Source: an uncultured Verrucomicrobiae bacterium (lineage in GTDB: Bacteria > Verrucomicrobiota > Verrucomicrobiia > Chthoniobacterales > UBA10450). Taken from it: a DNA stretch of 64,000 bases. The stretch is from the NCBI GenBank assembly GCA_963726745.1, contig CAVSDR010000006.1, positions 960,001 through 1,024,000 on the forward strand. Direction: 5' to 3'. The position numbers and the translations under genes were made by a program. This document shows, one piece after another, positions 19,290 through 30,252 of the stretch (positions are counted from its first letter, which is position 1; each line of letters opens with the position of its first letter). The notes beneath the pieces were generated by a model. It had not been told where the DNA came from. It ran no database searches and worked only from the letters and a program-made list of their open reading frames with translations.

Positions 19290-20318
19290 ATGCGCTTTCG
19301 CACTTACAAAAACACCGATCTCAAAGTGAGCGAAGTCGGCTTCGGGCTCTGGACCATTTCCACCGGGTGGTGGGGGAATTTCACCGAAGGCGAAGCGATC
19401 GCGCTGATGCACAAGGCCTTCGATTTAGGCATCACTTTGTTCGACGCCGCCGACACCTACGGCAATGGTCTGAGCGAGGAGTTGATCGCGAAAGCGTTCC
19501 CAAAACAACGCGACGAAATCGTGATCGCGACCAAGGTCGGCTACGACTTCGTGACTCACGGCGAAAGCCGCGGCCGCGGCCAGCGCGAGATCCCGCAGGA
19601 TTTTTCGCCCGAGGCCATCCGGCGCGCGACTGACGCCGCTTTGAAGCGTCTCAAAACCGACCGCATCGACCTGCTTCAGCTGCACAACATCCGCATGGAA
19701 CAGATCGAGGATGACGCCCTCTGGACCACGCTCGAGGAATTGAAAGCGAGCGGCAAAATCCGCTATCACGGCATCGCCCTCGGGCCTGCCATTGGCTGGA
19801 TGTATGAAGGGATCAATTGCATCCGCGAGCGCGACACCACCAGCGTGCAGCACATCTACAATACGCTCGAGCAGCACCCTGGCCGCGCGATGCACGAGGC
19901 CGCCGCCGAGGCCGGGAAGGACACCATGTTCCTCATCCGCGTGACCCATTCCTCCGGGATGCTCGAGGGAAAATACACCGCCGAGACCGTCTTCCCGCCG
20001 AACGATCACCGGAATCACCGGCCGCGCAGCTGGCTGCTCAACGGGATCAAGAAAGTTGATCGTCTGCGCTTCCTGGAAAACAGCGAGCGCTCGTTAGGCC
20101 AGGCCGCGCTCCAATGGCTCCTGGCGGATGAACGCGTCGCCTCTACCCTGCCGAACATCTACGAGGAGGCGCAGCTGATCGAGTTTGCCAAGGCGCCGGA
20201 AACCGCCCGCCTCACGAGCGAAGAGATGGCGCGCATCGAGGAGGAATACGCGGAGAACTTCGGCGTCGAGCGCGAAGAGCCGAAGTATAAAGGGACGATG
20301 GAATTGGCCGAGGCGTAG
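19290..20318 (+). CDS. aldo/keto reductase
   Basis: VSEVGFGLW, FDAADTYGNGLSE, IATKVG, LKRLKTDRIDLLQLH. Confidence 0.92.
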   Translation: MRFRTYKNTDLKVSEVGFGLWTISTGWWGNFTEGEAIALMHKAFDLGITLFDAADTYGNGLSEELIAKAFPKQRDEIVIATKVGYDFVTHGESRGRGQREIPQDFSPEAIRRATDAALKRLKTDRIDLLQLHNIRMEQIEDDALWTTLEELKASGKIRYHGIALGPAIGWMYEGINCIRERDTTSVQHIYNTLEQHPGRAMHEAAAEAGKDTMFLIRVTHSSGMLEGKYTAETVFPPNDHRNHRPRSWLLNGIKKVDRLRFLENSERSLGQAALQWLLADERVASTLPNIYEEAQLIEFAKAPETARLTSEEMARIEEEYAENFGVEREEPKYKGTMELAEA

Positions 20319-20358
20319 CCGATTTTGGCTCAGCCTAACGAGAAATTAGCCGGCAACT

Positions 20359-22233
20359 TTAGTTCGACCGGTCTTCGTCATCGCTCGGCTCGTCGGTCTG
20401 TTCGCCGTCGGTCTGCGGGCGGCGTTTCTTTCCGCCGGCCGCGACTTTGTAGACGTCCTTAAAAACCTTGCTGATGAGCGGTGCGGCCGAGCTGCCGCCG
20501 TGCACGTTCGCGCCGACGTCGCCCTCGTAAAGCGCGGCGAAGGCGAAGGCCGGCTGCTTCGCCGGCAGGAAACCGGCAAACCAGGCGGCGGTGCGCTCGC
20601 GCTTCTTCGGGCCCCACTGCGCGGTCCCGGTTTTGCCAGCGACTTCCACGCGATCGAGGCCCGCCTGGTGGGCCGTGCCGGACGATCCGCTGACCACATC
20701 GACCATCGCCTCGTGCAGTTGCTCGACCGTGCTCGGCGAGAGCCGCAGCTCGCGCTTTTCGCGCTTCTGGTAAGCGGTCACGATTTCGTTATCGAGTGTC
20801 TGCACCTGCTGCACCAGACGCGTCTGGTAGAAGCGGCCGCCGTTGGCCACGATCCCCATGGCTTGGGCCATTTGCAGCGGCGTGACTTCGCAATCCCCCT
20901 GCCCGATCGAAAGATTGGCGATGTCGCCATTGAGCAACTTCCGCCCGTGCGTCGCCTGCATGAACTTGTCGTTGGGGATCCGGCCTTCCACTTCGCCGCG
21001 CAGCGGAATGCCGCACTTCGCACCGAAGCCCAGCTTCAAGGCCCAATCGATGATCGGATCCGCGCCGGTGCGAATGCCGACCTGGTAGAACCAGGTGTCG
21101 CACGATTCCGTAAGCGCCTCGACAAAGTTGAGCGAGCCGCGATCGGTCTTCTTCCAGTTGTGGAAGGTCACGTTGCCCACGTTGATCGCCGGCGGGCAGG
21201 TGTATTCGTCGCTCGCGTTCACCGCTCCGCTCTCGAGCGCGGCGATGCCGACGGCGACCTTGAAGACCGAGCCCGGCGGATACGAAGAACGGAAGGCCCG
21301 CGGAAGCAGCGGGATGTCGGGGTCGTCCTGCAGCGCCTTGAATTTTTCCGACGAGATCGAAGGGATGAAAGCGTTTGGGTTAAACGTCGGCCACGAAGCC
21401 ATCGCGAGGATGTCGCCATTGTTCGGATCAACGACCACAATGGCGCCGCGCTTGGCCTTGGCCTCGAGCGCTTTTTCCGCCAACTCCTGCAAGCGCACAT
21501 CGATCGTCGTGACCACGGTGTAGCCCGGCACCGGCGGCTTGATGATGCGCTCGGAGGTTTTGCGGCCGTCCTTGTCGAAGGTCATTTTGTATTCGCCATG
21601 CTGCCCGGTGAGCATGGTGTTGAAGGTTTGCTCGAGGCCTTCGCGGCCTTCCGTCTCCGGCCAAAGCACCTCATGATTATCAATCGCGCCGTCGGGATTC
21701 CGCCCGGTCTTGCCGGTAAATCCGATCACGTGTCCGGCGAGGCGGCCGCGGGGATAAACGCGGATGTAAATCGGCCGAAGAAGCATCGCTTCCGGGAGCT
21801 TTTTCTTGAGCTGATCGGACTGCTCCTCACTCAAATTCTGCGCCACCTCCAGCGGGAGAATGCCGCGGTTGTGGTAATGCCGCAGGATCAACTCATCGGA
21901 AATGCGGAGCGAGCGACCAAGGGCCTTCTCCGCGGCGGCCACGCGTTCGCGGGCGAAGGCGACCGCTTCTTTATCGGAAAATTCCAGCGGCGTCGGGAAG
22001 CTGATCGCTAGGTTGTAGCTTAATTTATTCTGCGCCAGCGGCTCGCCGTAGCGGTCGACGATCTGCCCGCGCGGCGCCGGAATATCGAGCACGTAGGCGC
22101 GCGCGGATTTTTGCGTCTCGTACGTCGGGACGATGGTCTCCTCGACCTGGTCCGGCGCCGGGCTCGCCTCCGGCTGGGCGCGCACCAGCGCAGGCAAAGC
22201 GGCGAGCAGGAGAGCAGCGAGGAGTTTATTCAC
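20359..22233 (-). CDS. mrdA: penicillin-binding protein 2 (class B PBP)
   Basis: PAPRGQIVDR, GREGLE, PPGSVFK (SxxK), SCD, AGKTGTAQ, HGG. Confidence 0.9.
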   Translation of the reverse strand: MNKLLAALLLAALPALVRAQPEASPAPDQVEETIVPTYETQKSARAYVLDIPAPRGQIVDRYGEPLAQNKLSYNLAISFPTPLEFSDKEAVAFARERVAAAEKALGRSLRISDELILRHYHNRGILPLEVAQNLSEEQSDQLKKKLPEAMLLRPIYIRVYPRGRLAGHVIGFTGKTGRNPDGAIDNHEVLWPETEGREGLEQTFNTMLTGQHGEYKMTFDKDGRKTSERIIKPPVPGYTVVTTIDVRLQELAEKALEAKAKRGAIVVVDPNNGDILAMASWPTFNPNAFIPSISSEKFKALQDDPDIPLLPRAFRSSYPPGSVFKVAVGIAALESGAVNASDEYTCPPAINVGNVTFHNWKKTDRGSLNFVEALTESCDTWFYQVGIRTGADPIIDWALKLGFGAKCGIPLRGEVEGRIPNDKFMQATHGRKLLNGDIANLSIGQGDCEVTPLQMAQAMGIVANGGRFYQTRLVQQVQTLDNEIVTAYQKREKRELRLSPSTVEQLHEAMVDVVSGSSGTAHQAGLDRVEVAGKTGTAQWGPKKRERTAAWFAGFLPAKQPAFAFAALYEGDVGANVHGGSSAAPLISKVFKDVYKVAAGGKKRRPQTDGEQTDEPSDDEDRSN

Positions 22234-22314
22234 GGAGCTAGAACAGATAGCAGTCTCGCACCGTTCGTAAATCGGCCGCACGCGCCGCGTCGGGCCGCGG
22301 GAAAAACAATGCGT

Positions 22315-22842
22315 CTACGGAGTCGGCTGCGCGCTCGCGGCCGGCGCAGCGCTCGGCACCGGTTTCACCGCCGGCTGCGGCCCGGTCACACCCACGGCGA
22401 GATCGGCGGGCGTTGGCGGGTTGCCCTCCGTGATCGCAGGACCTTCGCCCCCGGGGGTCGGATTGGTTACCGTGTTCGGCGCGCCGACCGCAGGTCCGCT
22501 CTCCGGAGCAGCCGCCGCGACTGAAGCCCCCGGTGAAGCTGCCGGGATTGCCGTGGTCGGGCTGGTTTTCATCAATTCCTGCCGCAAACCGCTGGTGGTG
22601 CCGCTGCGGTGGGCATAGAGCACCGAGAGGAGAAAAGTGAGAAAGAAGAACGTGCCCGCGAGCCAGCCGGTTACTTTAGTCAGCACATTGGTGGTCTGGG
22701 CGCCGAAGATATTGTCCGTGACTCCGCCGCCAAAGGCTGCGCCCAAGCCCTCGCTTTTCGGACGCTGCATGAGGATGACCAGGATCATCAGGAGCGAAAC
22801 CAGCACGAAGATGACGAGGACGACGTTAAGTAGGATGGCCAT
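22315..22842 (-). CDS. secG: preprotein translocase subunit SecG with Pro/Ala-rich tail
   Basis: ILMQRPKSEGLGAAFGGG...FGA...LTKVT; two TMs. Confidence 0.9.
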   Translation of the reverse strand: MAILLNVVLVIFVLVSLLMILVILMQRPKSEGLGAAFGGGVTDNIFGAQTTNVLTKVTGWLAGTFFFLTFLLSVLYAHRSGTTSGLRQELMKTSPTTAIPAASPGASVAAAAPESGPAVGAPNTVTNPTPGGEGPAITEGNPPTPADLAVGVTGPQPAVKPVPSAAPAASAQPTP

Positions 22843-22904
22843 TTTGCGGACGGGCAATATGTCCAAAGGCTGGCGTTTGTAAAACAGCAGTCGAAGGTGG
22901 CCCG

Positions 22905-23960
22905 ATGCAGGTCCGCGGCGAACATTTCCAGACCATCTGGCTGAAGCCGGACGACCCGCGCGTGGTCCAGATCATTGACCAGCGCTTTCTCCCCCACCGC
23001 TTCGTCATTGAAGACCTGCACACCGTCGCGGAAATGGCGGTCGCGATTCGCGAAATGCACGTCCGCGGCGCGGGCTTGATCGGCGCGGCGGCGGGCTACG
23101 GAATGTATCTGGCGGCGCTCGCGGGCGAGGATCTCGCGCGAGCCGCCGCGCTCTTGAAAGCCACCCGCCCGACCGCGGTCAACCTCGCCTGGGCGGTCGA
23201 GCGCCAGCTCGCGAGCGACGATCCCCTGCGCACCGCGCGCGAGATTGCGGCCGAGGACGCGGACTTTTGCCGACGCATTGGCGAGCACGGAATTGGCCTC
23301 CTGCGCGAGATCGCCGCGCGCAAAAACGGCGCGCCGGTCAACGTGCTCACGCATTGCAACGCCGGCTGGCTCGCCTTCGTCGATTACGGCTCCGCGACCG
23401 CGCCGATCTATGCGGCGCACGACGCCGGCCTCGCGGTCCACGTTTGGGTCGACGAAACCCGTCCGCGCAACCAGGGCGCCAAGCTGACCGCCTGGGAACT
23501 CGGCGAGCACGGCGTGCCGCACACGGTTATTGCCGACAACACCGGCGGCCACTTAATGCAGCGCGGGCTGGTCGATCTCGTGATCGTCGGGACCGATCGC
23601 ACCACCTTCACCGGCGACGTCGCGAACAAGATCGGGACCTACCTGAAAGCGCTCGCGGCGCAGGATAACGGCGTGCCCTTCTATGTTGCCCTGCCCTCCT
23701 CCTCGTTTGACTGGGAGTTGCGCGAGGGCGCGGAGATTCCGATCGAGGAACGTGGCGCCGAGGAAGTGAAATTTGCCGACGGGATGGCGAATGGCGAAGT
23801 CGTCGAGGTGCGTCTGACGCCGGAGCACAGCGCCGCGGCGAACTACGGCTTCGACGTTACTCCGCGAAGATTAATCAGCGGATTGATCACCGAGCGCGGC
23901 CTCTGCCAGGCGAACGAGGAGAGCATTCTCGGCCTTTACCCAGAGCGGAGAAAAGCGTGA
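22905..23960 (+). CDS. mtnA: S-methyl-5-thioribose-1-phosphate isomerase
   Basis: DQRFLP, MHVRGA, RPTAVNL, LTHCNAG, DETRP.NQG, VANKIGTY, FDVTP. Confidence 0.95.
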   Translation: MQVRGEHFQTIWLKPDDPRVVQIIDQRFLPHRFVIEDLHTVAEMAVAIREMHVRGAGLIGAAAGYGMYLAALAGEDLARAAALLKATRPTAVNLAWAVERQLASDDPLRTAREIAAEDADFCRRIGEHGIGLLREIAARKNGAPVNVLTHCNAGWLAFVDYGSATAPIYAAHDAGLAVHVWVDETRPRNQGAKLTAWELGEHGVPHTVIADNTGGHLMQRGLVDLVIVGTDRTTFTGDVANKIGTYLKALAAQDNGVPFYVALPSSSFDWELREGAEIPIEERGAEEVKFADGMANGEVVEVRLTPEHSAAANYGFDVTPRRLISGLITERGLCQANEESILGLYPERRKA

Positions 23961-24550
23961 GCGAGACCGGTGTCATCAAGTTCCACTGCGAGCGGGAACC
24001 CGGCACCGTCCCGGCTTTCGAAGGCTTCGAGGCAATCCAGCGAACGCGGCGCAAGCTCCAGCAACTGCGCCTGCTCGGCGTGGGCGCGGACGGGATCGGC
24101 TACGGCAATCTCAGCCTGCGCGTTGGCCTAACGAATGAATTTTTCATCACCGGCTCCGGCACCGGCGGCCTCCCGCAGCTCGGCCTGGAAGACGTGGCCC
24201 GGGTGACGGCGGTCGACTTCGCGCGCAACTGGCTCCGCTGCACGGGCGGGACAGTCGCTTCCTCGGAATCGCTCACGCACGCTGCGATCTACGCCGCTGC
24301 GCCCAAGGTGCTGGCTATTCTCCACGGGCACAGCTCCGCGCTCTGGACGCGCCTGCGCGACCGCGTGCCGACTACCTCCGCTGCGGTCGAATACGGCACG
24401 CCCGCGATGGCCGCGGAAGTGCAGCGTCTCTTCGCGGAGACCGAGGTGCGCGAGCACGGACTCTTCATCATGGGCGGGCACGAGGGCGGCCTGATTGCTT
24501 TCGGCGCAAGCCTCGACGAAGCGCTGGCGCGCGTCCTCAGCGCTCCTTAA
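23957..24550 (+). CDS. class II aldolase/adducin family protein (MtnB- or Ald2-like)
   Basis: GNLSLR, ITGSG, SSESLTH, ILHGH, GH; GTGA overlap with mtnA. Confidence 0.85.
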   Translation: MSETGVIKFHCEREPGTVPAFEGFEAIQRTRRKLQQLRLLGVGADGIGYGNLSLRVGLTNEFFITGSGTGGLPQLGLEDVARVTAVDFARNWLRCTGGTVASSESLTHAAIYAAAPKVLAILHGHSSALWTRLRDRVPTTSAAVEYGTPAMAAEVQRLFAETEVREHGLFIMGGHEGGLIAFGASLDEALARVLSAP

Positions 24551-25329
24551 GCCGCGGTTTTGCGCGCAAGCTTCTGCGCGTTCCAGATCGCGTCGAGCTC
24601 CGCGAGCCCGAGTTCGCCAAGTTGTTTCCCTTGCGCGTGGACTTCGTCCTCCATTTCGTTGAAGCGATGGACGAATTTATCCGTCGCTTTCTGGAGCAAA
24701 GTTTCCGCGTCGAGGTGCTGCTTGCGCGCCAGGTTCACCACCGCAAAAAGCAGGTCGCCGATCTCCTCCGCGATCTCAGTTTCGCCGCCCGCCGCAACCG
24801 CTTCCTTCGTCTCCGCGAGTTCCTCGTCGATCTTCGCGACCACGTCCGCGATCGTGTCCCAATCGAAGTGCACGTGCGCCGCTTTCTTCTGCACCTTCTG
24901 CGCGCGCATCAACGCCGGCAGCGCCTCGGCCACGCCGGTGAGGTAATGCTTTTGCGTCCCGCGTTTCTCCTCGCGCTTCACGTTGTCCCACAGCTTCACC
25001 ACCTCGCCGGCGTCGCGCGCCTGGTCCTCGCCGAAGACGTGCGGGTGCCGGCGGATAAGCTTCGCGGTCAGGTCGGTGATCACTTCCTCCGCGCCGAAAT
25101 TTGCGCGCTCGCTCGCGATCTGCGCGTGCATCAGCACGAGCAACAAAACGTCGCCTAATTCCTCGCGCAGGTTCACGTCGTCGTTCTCCCGCACCGCGTG
25201 CGCGACCTCGTAAGCCTCCTCGAGCAGCTTCGGGATGAGCGATTCATTCGTCTGCTCGCGGTCCCACGGGCAACCGTCCGGCGCGCGCAGGTGCGCGATC
25301 ACCTCGCGCAGTTGGTCAAAGGCGGTCAT
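24547..25329 (-). CDS. mazG: nucleoside triphosphate pyrophosphohydrolase MazG
   Basis: LRAPDGCPWDREQT, EEAYE, EELGD, KLIRRHPHVF, EEIGDLLF. Confidence 0.96.
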   Translation of the reverse strand: MTAFDQLREVIAHLRAPDGCPWDREQTNESLIPKLLEEAYEVAHAVRENDDVNLREELGDVLLLVLMHAQIASERANFGAEEVITDLTAKLIRRHPHVFGEDQARDAGEVVKLWDNVKREEKRGTQKHYLTGVAEALPALMRAQKVQKKAAHVHFDWDTIADVVAKIDEELAETKEAVAAGGETEIAEEIGDLLFAVVNLARKQHLDAETLLQKATDKFVHRFNEMEDEVHAQGKQLGELGLAELDAIWNAQKLARKTAA

Positions 25330-25337
25330 GGCGCAAT

Positions 25338-26060
25338 CTATATGCGCCAGAGCGATCGGTGCGCGCCGAATTCCGAAATCTCGCCGGTAGTTTTCTTGCC
25401 GACGTAAATCGTGATCCCGATGACGAGCGCGAAAGTGCCGGCAAAAAGCACCGCCACCAGCCAGGAAGGGATATGCCCGATGCTCAGGCTGCGATAAAAG
25501 GCCCACGCGCTATCGATCGGCTCGCTCGCGTGCAGAAAGATCTTCGTGACCCACGCGACCATGATCAGGATGAAGATGAAGGTGTAGTTCCGTTTCAGGC
25601 GCCGGCCGACCGCTTCGAGTTTGCTGATCTTGAAGCGCGGCAGGATGAGATCTTCGCAGACCAGCTTCTTCCATTCGCCCTGCAGCATCTGGCGATTTTC
25701 CATCACCATCGGGACGAGGAAATGCGCCTCGAGCATGCGCACCCGGGCGCGGAAGGCATCGTAGAAGCGATAGCGCCGCGCCTCGATCCAGAGCATCCCC
25801 CAGACGATCGCGAGATTGAAAAAGAAGATGATGTGCGGGACCTCGCGGTTCGAAAAAGCGATCGTGATAATCGCGGTGCTGGAGGTGATGGCCCAGTTCG
25901 TGGTGATGTCGAGCCGCTGCCGCCAGATCATGATCCGCCCGAGTTCGCCGCGGTAGAAATGCGACATCGCATTGACGTAACCGGGGTCGTAGATGCTGCG
26001 CTGGAGCGAGACGGTGCGCTCAGTGCTGCTGCTTTCGGGCGAAGTGTTTTCGGTTGCCAC
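25338..26060 (-). CDS. DUF2270 family membrane protein
   Basis: HFYRGE..R...WRQRLD.TTNWA, IEARRYRFYD. Confidence 0.85.
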   Translation of the reverse strand: MATENTSPESSSTERTVSLQRSIYDPGYVNAMSHFYRGELGRIMIWRQRLDITTNWAITSSTAIITIAFSNREVPHIIFFFNLAIVWGMLWIEARRYRFYDAFRARVRMLEAHFLVPMVMENRQMLQGEWKKLVCEDLILPRFKISKLEAVGRRLKRNYTFIFILIMVAWVTKIFLHASEPIDSAWAFYRSLSIGHIPSWLVAVLFAGTFALVIGITIYVGKKTTGEISEFGAHRSLWRI

Positions 26061-26128
26061 GCGTTGGTCGTTAACTGGATAACTGCTTTGCCGCGCGAAG
26101 CCAACTTTTCCTCCGGCGAACTCTCCTT

Positions 26129-26596
26129 ATGGCTGTGGTCCTTTCTGATCTGCTCGCGGAAGAACGGGTGCTGCTCGAGTTGCGCGCGCGCACCCGGGAC
26201 GACGCACTCCGGGAAATCGTGGGCGTGATGCAGAGCGATGCCGCCCTGAAAGCGGCGGATAAATTCCTCGCGCAGGTCCAGGCGCGCGAAACCGCCAGCT
26301 CCACCTATGTCGGAAATGGCGTTGCTTTCCCGCATGCGCGCAGCGAGTTCGCTGCGGAGATGGTGCTGGGGATCGGACGCAGCTCAGCAGGCGTGCCTTT
26401 CGGCGATCAAGGGGCGCGCGCTCATCTCATCTTCCTGGTCGCGGTGCCGCAACGGATGGTGACGGATTACCTCGTCTGCATGGGCGCGCTCGCGCGCCTA
26501 ACGAAAGCAGAGGCCACGCGCACCGCATTGCTTGAGGCGGCGACCGCGTCGGAGTTGGTTGAGCTCTTGCGCGCGGGCTCGCTCCTGCTGCACTAA
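26129..26596 (+). CDS. PTS EIIA (fructose/Ntr type) domain protein
   Basis: RE..SST.VGNGVAFPHAR phospho-His motif. Confidence 0.9.
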   Translation: MAVVLSDLLAEERVLLELRARTRDDALREIVGVMQSDAALKAADKFLAQVQARETASSTYVGNGVAFPHARSEFAAEMVLGIGRSSAGVPFGDQGARAHLIFLVAVPQRMVTDYLVCMGALARLTKAEATRTALLEAATASELVELLRAGSLLLH

Positions 26597-27333
26597 TGGG
26601 AGCTGGACGCTTCCAGCGGCGGCAGGTCGGTGCGCGCGCGCTGCCGCCGGTAATACCAGCGATGCAGACGATGCGGCGAAAGGCCGAGCTTGAAGAGCAA
26701 GAGGAAGAGACCGTTCTGGATGCTCTTCCGCCAGGCGCCTTCGCGCAGATGGCGGCGCGAGGAAGTTTGCACTGGCGGATCGAGCACGACCACCGGGCCG
26801 GCGGCGCGCAGTCGGCGCGAGAATTCCACGTCCTCCATCAGGGGAATTTCCGCGAAGCCGCCGAGCTCCCGGAAGACGCTCCGCCGCACGAAGACCGATT
26901 GATCGCCGAAGAGCGTGCCGCCGTTCCGCGTGAGGAAACGCGCCACCGGCTCGAGCCACCGGAGCCGCGGATGCCGGTCGTCGAACTTCCGGTAGAAGGC
27001 GCCACCCACGATTCCCCCGGCGCTCATCTTGCTGGCTAATTCCCGCAGGTGCACCGCCGTCATCTCGGTGTCGGCGTGTTGGAACAAGAGCACCTCGCCG
27101 CGGGCGTGGCGCGCGCCGAGATTCATCTGCGCGCCGCGGCTGGGCGTGGGGCAACGGAGAAACTGCGCGCCGTGCGCCCGCGCGACCTGTTCGCAGGCCG
27201 CGTCGCCGGAGGCATCGACGACGATGATTTCGCCGGCGGAAATCGTAGGCAAAAGCTGTGCGAGATCTTCCGCGTCGCGCCAGCAGGGAATGACCACGCT
27301 GATCGTCGCCGGCGCGGGCGCCTCGGCGCTCAC
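26593..27333 (-). CDS. GT2 glycosyltransferase (TIGR04283-like)
   Basis: ISVVIP, RGAQMN.GA, LLFQHADT, FGDQS.FV, PLMEDV, TSSRR; GTG start at 27333. Confidence 0.85.
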   Translation of the reverse strand: MSAEAPAPATISVVIPCWRDAEDLAQLLPTISAGEIIVVDASGDAACEQVARAHGAQFLRCPTPSRGAQMNLGARHARGEVLLFQHADTEMTAVHLRELASKMSAGGIVGGAFYRKFDDRHPRLRWLEPVARFLTRNGGTLFGDQSVFVRRSVFRELGGFAEIPLMEDVEFSRRLRAAGPVVVLDPPVQTSSRRHLREGAWRKSIQNGLFLLLFKLGLSPHRLHRWYYRRQRARTDLPPLEASSSH

Positions 27334-28178
27334 GAGTTTTTCTTCAGGAGCTGCGCGCGGGCGCGGTCGAGCGCGCGCCGTTCCGCCGTCGTCAGGCTGT
27401 TGATGCCGTGCTGGCTGATCTTGTCGAGCAACGGGTCGATCGACTCGTAGACATCCTCGGGCTCGACCGTGCGGCGCGCGCTCGCGCGCGGCACGACCTT
27501 GAATTTCGGCTTCGGCTGCAGCCGCTCGCGGATGTTCGTGAGCCACTCGAACTCCGAGCCGATCCCGCGCGAGCGAATGTAGAAGAAGGCCACGGCGACG
27601 GTGGTCCAAAGAACCACGAGCGAACTCCAGTCGTGCGCGGCTAGCGCGGCCAAGGTGCCGATGGCCACAAGGATGAGCGCGATCCACTTCGTCTGGATGC
27701 GCAGGAGCATCATCTCCATCGAAGGATAGATGCTGGCAAAGGCGAGGAAGATGCCGAAATGCAGCGCGCCGGAGCCGACCAACCCGAGCCGCAAGACCAG
27801 GCCGAGGGCGGTCAAGACCAGCGCCGGCACAAACAGCAGCAGCGCATAGAGCGTGATGAAACCGCGCCGCCCGATGAAGCGCTCCACCTCCCGCCCGAAG
27901 GTGAAGAGCATATACATCTCGATGGCAAACCAGAGCAGCCCCGAGGGCGCATGCACCAGCGCGTAGGTGCAGAGCCGCCAGATTTCGCCCGCGCCCAGGA
28001 CGAGTGCACTGTCGAACGGCAGATAATTCAAAAACCCGGCCTGCGTGCCGGCAAAGAGCAGCGCGGTCAGGACCGCCGCGGCCACGTGGACCCCAACAAG
28101 CAGCGTGGTCACATCGACCGGGTAACGCCCGACCCAGGTCACCGGCTTATACTCGTCCGAAGTGGCGACGCCGAACAT
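27330..28178 (-). CDS. rhomboid-like membrane protein with C-terminal DUF6576-like domain
   Basis: EIWRLCTY..VH, FG.EVE..IG, multi-TM; IDPLLDKISQHGINSLT..ER tail. Confidence 0.75.
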   Translation of the reverse strand: MFGVATSDEYKPVTWVGRYPVDVTTLLVGVHVAAAVLTALLFAGTQAGFLNYLPFDSALVLGAGEIWRLCTYALVHAPSGLLWFAIEMYMLFTFGREVERFIGRRGFITLYALLLFVPALVLTALGLVLRLGLVGSGALHFGIFLAFASIYPSMEMMLLRIQTKWIALILVAIGTLAALAAHDWSSLVVLWTTVAVAFFYIRSRGIGSEFEWLTNIRERLQPKPKFKVVPRASARRTVEPEDVYESIDPLLDKISQHGINSLTTAERRALDRARAQLLKKNS

Positions 28179-28329
28179 TGCTCGAAATAAACGGCGCGCC
28201 CTCCGCTTCCGCAAGCGGCGTTCCGCGCCGACCAGCGGGCCGCCGGCCGAACGACGCGCGATTACCTTTGGACAACGCTCCCCCTAGAAAATATCCTGTC
28301 AGTCCCTTCGCGCCCGAAGGAGCAAACCT

Positions 28330-30129
<1,800 letters not shown>

Positions 30130-30141
<12 letters not shown>

Positions 30142-30201
30142 CAGGATTCCGCAGGATTTCCCCTAATCCTGTTCATCCTGAAAATCCTGTCAATCCTGTC
30201 T
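30130..30201. repeat. inverted-repeat element built from 9-bp tandem units (ACAGGATT/AATCCTGT)
   Basis: GACAGGATT AACAGGATT CCGCAGGATT ... AATCCTGTT CATCCTGAA AATCCTGTC AATCCTGTC. Confidence 0.85.
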
Positions 30202-30252
30202 AGTTCGTCTGGGGTTAGTTGCGCCGGAAGTCCGCCGCCCGGATAGTCTCCG

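Noticed and set aside
30142..30252. LexA box upstream of uvrA
   Set aside because: TGTTC occurs inside the repeat, but there is no correctly spaced TGTTC-N4-GAACA match.
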